Below are positions 58,678 to 64,000 of a stretch of DNA of 64,000 bases, in pieces. Both the position numbers and the translations under genes were made by a program. Each line of letters starts with the position of its first letter. Position 1 is the stretch's first letter. The DNA is taken from positions 67,486-131,485 of IMG/VR virus record IMGVR_UViG_3300017788_000011; one strand, written 5' to 3'. The DNA comes from a virus. The notes beneath the pieces are model-generated. The model did no database searches. It was not told the origin of the DNA and was given only the letters and a program-made list of their open reading frames with translations.

Positions 58678-59052
58678 ATGTCAACAAGTTTACCTGAAAA
58701 TCCCAACGTACTGTCAGACAGTGCCAAAGAAGTCAAAGAATTTTTCAACAGATATTTCACAGAAAAAATATCTTTTCCCGCTGCCGAAGTTGATGCAGTG
58801 ATTGCCTTTTTTAGAAAACGAGGATTTGAAGAAATCAGTGCGCAGAGTGTTGCAGTAGTGTTGCTAACGCAGGCAAAGTTAGACGGTGTTAAAATTTTTG
58901 AATTATTAGACACACTAAAAGGCGTTGATAATGTGGCCTTGGAAAAAGTTGTTACTCAAGTGCTTAATGCCACAAGATCCAGCACATCAACACTGGGATA
59001 TAGAGTTAGTCCAGAAGGACAGACACTGGAAACTCGTAATATTTTACCATGA
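58678..59052 (+). CDS. Hypothetical protein
   Basis: 124-aa ORF translationally coupled to gp4. Confidence 0.75.
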   Translation: MSTSLPENPNVLSDSAKEVKEFFNRYFTEKISFPAAEVDAVIAFFRKRGFEEISAQSVAVVLLTQAKLDGVKIFELLDTLKGVDNVALEKVVTQVLNATRSSTSTLGYRVSPEGQTLETRNILP

Positions 59053-59486
59053 GTAGATTTGCCAGCGGAAAATTCGTACCAGCAAACCCCGAAAAATACA
59101 TTGGTCACAAAACACCAACTTATCGCAGTACTTGGGAGTGGGCATTTATGAAATTCTGCGACAATCACCCGGCTGTGCAAGGTTGGGCATCAGAGGCTGT
59201 TAGAATTCCTTATAAAGATCCGTTAACTGGAAAAATTTCCAGTTATGTGCCTGATTTTTTTATTAAATACGTAGATAAAAACGGCAAACAATTTGCAGAA
59301 GTTATAGAAGTAAAACCTATGAATCAAACCTTGTTAGAAAAAGTAGGAAAAAACAGAGTTAATCAAGCGCAGTTTATACGTAATCAGGCAAAATGGACTG
59401 CGGCATCAGCATGGTGCAAACAACAGGGTATAAAATTTAGGGTTGTTAGCGAAAAGGATCTGTTTCACCAAGGTACACGTAAATGA
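59049..59486 (+). CDS. gp4: Head completion nuclease (TnsA-like PD-(D/E)xK)
   Basis: GKF.P.NPEKY.G, YRS.WE, WASE, Y.PDF, EVKP, NQAKW.AA. Confidence 0.9.
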   Translation: MSRFASGKFVPANPEKYIGHKTPTYRSTWEWAFMKFCDNHPAVQGWASEAVRIPYKDPLTGKISSYVPDFFIKYVDKNGKQFAEVIEVKPMNQTLLEKVGKNRVNQAQFIRNQAKWTAASAWCKQQGIKFRVVSEKDLFHQGTRK

Positions 59487-59992
59487 CAAAGAAATTAGAA
59501 GAATTATTAAATTTGCCAGACAGCAAAGATCTACTGCGTCAAGTTGACAAACCAGACGAAGAAGTTGATGTAGATGCAAATGAAGAAGTTGAGGCTGTGC
59601 CTATGAATTTGTTGTCAAATCTTGAAGAAGCAGATAAGATCTCAGCAGCCTTGCCTATGGTCAAAGGCTTAGGAGACAATGCTGATAAAGAGTTTGATGA
59701 TTTAGCTCGTCGAGCTAAACAGAGTTATGAAGATCTCATGGACCTCGGCATGAATGTAGAAGCACGATACAGCGGCAGAATTTTTGAAGTTGCGGCAAAT
59801 ATGTTAAAAACAGCCGTTGATGCTAAAACAGCCAAAATTGATAAAAAATTAAAGATGATAGAACTTCAGTTGAAAAAAGAGCGTAACGATTCTGACAATC
59901 GAAACACCTCGGATACTCCTATTCAAGGAGAAGGATACATTGTTGCAGATCGTAATAGCCTAATCGAAAAACTTAAAAATATGAATAAATAA
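59483..59992 (+). CDS. Putative terminase small subunit
   Basis: Helical protein with RIFEVA..ML and DRNSL..KL, resembling gp16-type proteins; upstream of gp17. Confidence 0.5.
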   Translation: MTKKLEELLNLPDSKDLLRQVDKPDEEVDVDANEEVEAVPMNLLSNLEEADKISAALPMVKGLGDNADKEFDDLARRAKQSYEDLMDLGMNVEARYSGRIFEVAANMLKTAVDAKTAKIDKKLKMIELQLKKERNDSDNRNTSDTPIQGEGYIVADRNSLIEKLKNMNK

Positions 59993-60008
59993 AGCATAGG
60001 ATACAAAC

Positions 60009-60620
60009 ATGAAAAATTTTAATGAATATCTAACCGAAAGTGCAAAGACTTATCCTTTTAGGATCAAAGTCGCCGGAGAGTTACCTGAAAATTTCAACAA
60101 AAATCTCAAATCAATGTTAGAAAAGTTTTCTTGTAAAAAACTCAGTGCAGGATCAAAAACACCGATTCAAGAAATGCCATTGGATTTTCCAGAGTTAAAA
60201 AACATGGAAGTATCTATTTTTGAAGCAGAGTTGTGCTATCCCACAACCACAGCAGAATTAACCAACTATATCAGTACAGGCCTTAGTCTTCCAGAGACAC
60301 ATTTAAAAATTAGATCACCATTTGATCCTTCAGAAGAATATCAAGAAGAAATGCAAGAAGTTGAAAAAGACAAAAAAGAGGCTCTGTTAAACCAAGACTA
60401 CGAAAAATCATCTAAAGAAAATCAAGCTCAAGTCGGACAAAAACGAGCAATGAGTCTTATTAAAGAATTGAGTAAAATCAAGCATGGCGGTGAGCAATAT
60501 AAAGGTGTTAACGATGAGTTGTTAGCATCAAAGGCTAACCCCAAAAGTCAACCAACAAACACAAGCGACAACGCTGAGGGCACAACCAGCCCAGTTGGTT
60601 CTAAGAAAACCACAGCGTAA
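60009..60620 (+). CDS. Hypothetical protein, possible head-internal protein
   Basis: MKNFNEYLTES leader; TAAATA 59986-59991. Confidence 0.72.
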   Translation: MKNFNEYLTESAKTYPFRIKVAGELPENFNKNLKSMLEKFSCKKLSAGSKTPIQEMPLDFPELKNMEVSIFEAELCYPTTTAELTNYISTGLSLPETHLKIRSPFDPSEEYQEEMQEVEKDKKEALLNQDYEKSSKENQAQVGQKRAMSLIKELSKIKHGGEQYKGVNDELLASKANPKSQPTNTSDNAEGTTSPVGSKKTTA

Positions 60621-60632
60621 AGGGCTACAAAA

Positions 60633-61112
60633 ATGAACTTTCAAGATATCTATAAAAAAATTTATGAAATTGACTCAGGCAAGGTTGTAGAAAAAACTGC
60701 GTCACTTTCTGAAAAATGTGGCATGCCACCTGCTATGAATTCACCTTACAGACCACCCGTAACAATGAACGTAAGTATGAATGCCACAGGTCCAGAATCT
60801 ATTAGGGATTTAATAGATTTAATCAGCGGCGAAGCAATGAAAGAAAAAGAAATGGATGCCGCTATTTTAAAATTAGGCACCCAAGAAGATCAAGCAATGG
60901 AAACTGACATTGATCAAGCACTTGAAGAATTCGACAATGAACCAGACGAGGCTTACCAAGATACTGCATACATGACCAAAGATCTTGCAGGAGGATTAAA
61001 CAAGCAACACGCCCAGTTCAAAAAAGAATACCCTGGCGATAATCCAATGGCCGTAGAAAGTGTCTATCAGCAAGAATTAAAAAATCTGTATCAGGAAATC
61101 AAAAACAGATAA
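60633..61112 (+). CDS. Hypothetical acidic protein, possible head-internal protein
   Basis: 159-aa ORF with LSE, LEE, AVE sites; GGLNK...GDNPMA. Confidence 0.7.
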   Translation: MNFQDIYKKIYEIDSGKVVEKTASLSEKCGMPPAMNSPYRPPVTMNVSMNATGPESIRDLIDLISGEAMKEKEMDAAILKLGTQEDQAMETDIDQALEEFDNEPDEAYQDTAYMTKDLAGGLNKQHAQFKKEYPGDNPMAVESVYQQELKNLYQEIKNR

Positions 61113-61140
61113 GTCATAGACTAACACTTAATGTACCTCC

Positions 61141-61166
61141 AAAGCGGACGAAACGTCCGCTTTTTT
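61141..61166 (+). terminator. Rho-independent terminator before gp17
   Basis: AAAGCGGACG-AAA-CGTCCGC-TTTTTT. Confidence 0.85.
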
Positions 61167-61181
61167 ATTGTAAATAGTAGT

Positions 61182-62768
61182 ATGGGAAAAAGTTTAGACG
61201 GTGTATTAACCAAAAAAGCCTACAAGCAAGAAAGTTTTACTGAAAATCAATTACAGGATCTTGCTTTGTGTGCAGACGAATCTGTGGGTTATCTACACTT
61301 TAGCAAAAATTTCTTTTATATACAGCATCCTGTTCAAGGCAAGATGTTGTTCCAGCCTTACGAATTCCAGGAAGAATTACTGAATCGTTACCACAACTAC
61401 AGATTTAATGTCAATATGCTGCCACGCCAAATGGGCAAAACTACCTGTGCGGCAGCATATCTGTTATGGTACGCTATGTTTCATCCGGACACTACAATAT
61501 TAATTGCCGCACACAAATATACTGGTGCTCAGGAAATCATGCAGAGAGTAAGATATGGGTACGAACTCTGTCCTGATTACGTTAGATGCGGGGTTGTAAG
61601 TTATAACAAAGGCAGTATAGAATTTGACAATGGTTCACGAATAGTCAGTCAAACCACTACACCGACAACAGGTCGTGGTATGAGTATTTCGCTGATCTAC
61701 TGCGATGAGTTTGCTTTTGTGAATCCAACGATTGCTGAAGAATTTTGGACTTCAATATCCCCAACATTGGCCACGGGTGGTCGAGCAATTGTTACATCAA
61801 CACCTAACTCAGACGAAGATACATTTGCAAACATCTGGAAAGAAGCAAACAACCTGTTTGACGAATACGGTAATGAAAGTGAATTAGGAATCAACGGTTT
61901 CAAAAGTTTTACCTGTCATTGGAGCGAACATCCTGATCGAGACGATGTGTGGGCAGCCACAGAAAAAGGACGTATCGGAGAAGAACGTTTCCGCAGAGAA
62001 TTTGAGTGTGAGTTCCTGGTATTTGATGAAACTCTGATCAGCAGTTTAGATTTAGCAGAGCTCAAAGGCAAAGAACCGTTGATGAAAATGGGACAAGTTC
62101 GTTGGTACAAAGAACCATCTACCGAATTTGTTTATATGATCAGCCTTGATCCTTCTTTGGGTACTGGGGGAGATTATTCCGCCATACAGGTATTTGAACT
62201 ACCTACCTTTGAACAGGTTGGAGAATGGCATCATAACACAACTTCTATACAAGGACAGATACGCATATTAAAAGAAATATGTACCTATCTTAACAACATA
62301 CTTCAGGACAGTCCCAACAGCATTTATTGGAGTGTGGAAAACAATACAGTAGGAGAAGCCGCGCTGGTTGTTATCAAAGAATTAGGCGAAGAAAACATAC
62401 CAGGATTATTTGTGTCAGAGCCCATTAGAAAAGGACACGTACGGAAATTCCGTAAAGGATTTAATACCACACATAAGACTAAAATTGCTGCCTGCTCAAG
62501 ATTAAAATATCTAATAGAAAGCGGAAAGATGAAATTATATTCAAGACCGTTGATTTCTGAACTAAAAACCTTTATAGCCAACGGGGTATCATTTAAAGCA
62601 AAAACCGGAGATCACGACGATCTTGTAACTTCTCTGTTATTAGGAGTACGCATGGCCCAGGTATTAGCAGACTGGGACAGCAGAATTTATGAAAGTCTAA
62701 CCGGCAGGGTTGAAGATGAAGATGACTTTGAGTTGCCCATGCCTGTGTTTATTTCTACCAATTTTTAA
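61182..62768 (+). CDS. gp17: Terminase large subunit
   Basis: PRQMGKT Walker A, LIYCDE Walker B, TSTPN, LDPSLGTGGDYSA, HDDLV. Start re-called to 61182 (5 nt after TAAATA 61171-61176); track start 61131 crosses the terminator. Confidence 0.95.
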   Translation: MGKSLDGVLTKKAYKQESFTENQLQDLALCADESVGYLHFSKNFFYIQHPVQGKMLFQPYEFQEELLNRYHNYRFNVNMLPRQMGKTTCAAAYLLWYAMFHPDTTILIAAHKYTGAQEIMQRVRYGYELCPDYVRCGVVSYNKGSIEFDNGSRIVSQTTTPTTGRGMSISLIYCDEFAFVNPTIAEEFWTSISPTLATGGRAIVTSTPNSDEDTFANIWKEANNLFDEYGNESELGINGFKSFTCHWSEHPDRDDVWAATEKGRIGEERFRREFECEFLVFDETLISSLDLAELKGKEPLMKMGQVRWYKEPSTEFVYMISLDPSLGTGGDYSAIQVFELPTFEQVGEWHHNTTSIQGQIRILKEICTYLNNILQDSPNSIYWSVENNTVGEAALVVIKELGEENIPGLFVSEPIRKGHVRKFRKGFNTTHKTKIAACSRLKYLIESGKMKLYSRPLISELKTFIANGVSFKAKTGDHDDLVTSLLLGVRMAQVLADWDSRIYESLTGRVEDEDDFELPMPVFISTNF

Positions 62769-62779
62769 CTAAATATATC

Positions 62780-64000
62780 ATGCCATTAAATTTCGAACAA
62801 ATTAGCACAGATCTATATCAAAAAGTCAAGGTACGTTTTCCTTCATTGCAGATAGGTAATTCAGAAGGCAAAGTCACTTCTGAACCCAATTTAGCCAGAT
62901 TTTTTGATTTTGATTTTGAAAATGCCGGACAATCATTGGGCCGAGTAAGTATTGCGCTAACTGAAAAAGACGGCATGATGGTACTGCATTCAGCAGACAT
63001 AGTCAGCGAGCAAGCAGATGACGTAAAAAACAGTTGGTTTGATTTCTTAAAAGAGTTGCGTCAATTTGCCAAAAAAAGATTGTTAAACTTTGATATTAGA
63101 GATATTTCTAAATCAAATTTAGATAAAAGAGATTTTCAGTACATAGCACAGAACAGCATCGGGGAACCAAAAATGTCAGAAAGCAAGTTATTCGGAACCA
63201 GCAAAACTTCTTACCAAGATCTGGGAGAAGTTAGACTGATTGTCAAACATTCACAGCCTGTGAATTTAAATGCGGTCAATGGCCGTACACAGCATATTCA
63301 AGGCATATACCTTGAAAACAGCCAAGGCGAAAGATTTAGATATCCTTACAAACATCTTTCAGGTGCTCGTGCGCTGGCTTCACACGTTGCCGAGGGCGGT
63401 ACCCCATATGATTCAATTGGCCAACATGTTATTGGATTATCAGAAGAACTCAGCAAATTACGTCAATATAAAAATTATGTTTTTAGAAATCCGTTCATGA
63501 TCGAAACCATGGGAGATCTAACAGAAAAAGCCAACTATCGAATTGCTGAAATTAAAAAACAACTTGAAGGCCTACAAAGACCTGCATATTACAAACAGTT
63601 CAAAGAAGGTTTTAATGTCACAGAATTAAAAGAAGTACCCGAAGAAGTAATCAACGACTGGACTGAAAAACTTACCATTAAAAAATTCAAAGAGGATTTA
63701 GCCACAGTATTTCCTTATCTTTATAAACTTTCCGAGACAGTGGTTGAAGAGCAAGACGTTCAAGAATTAAGTTACGAAGATTTTATAGAAGAAGACAATT
63801 CAGAAGAAATTGAATTTACCAAAAAAGACAGTTATTGGAGTTCGTTTGAGGAAGAGCTGGATGCTGTTAGACCAGAACATGAACAATCAGTAGGCGAAGG
63901 CCGGATGAGCGAAGTAGATATCGATCTACGAGACATTGCCAACAGCGGAGATCAAGATGATCTCCTCGATGCCTTAGGCGGCTCCAAGGGTAATGCTGTC
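62780..64000 (+). CDS. Hypothetical protein (partial, runs off right edge)
   Basis: Not in ORF track; MPLNFEQISTDLYQKVKVRFPSLQIG...ARFFDFDF...GERFRYPYKHLSGARA; TAAATA 62770-62775. Confidence 0.75.
   Translation, partial: MPLNFEQISTDLYQKVKVRFPSLQIGNSEGKVTSEPNLARFFDFDFENAGQSLGRVSIALTEKDGMMVLHSADIVSEQADDVKNSWFDFLKELRQFAKKRLLNFDIRDISKSNLDKRDFQYIAQNSIGEPKMSESKLFGTSKTSYQDLGEVRLIVKHSQPVNLNAVNGRTQHIQGIYLENSQGERFRYPYKHLSGARALASHVAEGGTPYDSIGQHVIGLSEELSKLRQYKNYVFRNPFMIETMGDLTEKANYRIAEIKKQLEGLQRPAYYKQFKEGFNVTELKEVPEEVINDWTEKLTIKKFKEDLATVFPYLYKLSETVVEEQDVQELSYEDFIEEDNSEEIEFTKKDSYWSSFEEELDAVRPEHEQSVGEGRMSEVDIDLRDIANSGDQDDLLDALGGSKGNAV

Noticed and set aside
61131-61181. Longer track starts for gp17 (also 10122, 16963, 23113, 25146)
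   Set aside because: Extensions cross terminators, hairpins, promoters or upstream genes; downstream ATGs fit RBS or promoter spacing better.
1-64000. Stop-codon reassignment, inteins or introns in core genes
   Set aside because: Genes are full-length and densely packed under the standard code; gp17, gp46, gp20 and gp23 show no intein-sized insertions.

Overview
The window is the virion-morphogenesis region of a large, T4-related contractile-tailed (myo) phage; it looks AT-rich by eye and uses the standard genetic code. From left to right: baseplate genes on the minus strand (gp5/VgrG-like, hub, gp53-like, tube initiator); a plus-strand block under a consensus sigma70 promoter (gp55-like late sigma, gp47/gp46, an Hc1-like basic protein, a stand-alone GIY-YIG nuclease) followed by about 470 nt of non-coding, densely base-paired sequence; gp26/gp51-like chaperones with a tape-measure-like gene; the head cluster (gp20, core, gp21, gp22, gp23); about 27 kb of fibre/receptor-binding genes (three RCC1-repeat proteins, a beta-helix fibre, a 2390-aa protein); then Nudix, gp15, gp14, gp13, gp1, HNH-like, gp18, gp19, gp54-like, gp4, putative gp16 and gp17. 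Main observations: (1) a candidate ~400-nt structured RNA starting at the GIY-YIG stop codon, followed by origin-like hairpins; (2) an in-frame T TTT TTC -1 slippery site that would fuse gp26 and gp51, like lambda G/GT; (3) a recurrent TAAATA late promoter, often 4-7 nt before an ATG (leaderless mRNAs), one copy abutting the late sigma gene's own -35; (4) two structured 5' leaders; (5) virion domains with a phycobiliprotein-like KCxRDxGY motif, an amicyanin-like copper site and a dockerin-like loop. All family assignments come from motif recognition by eye; no searches or folding computations were run.
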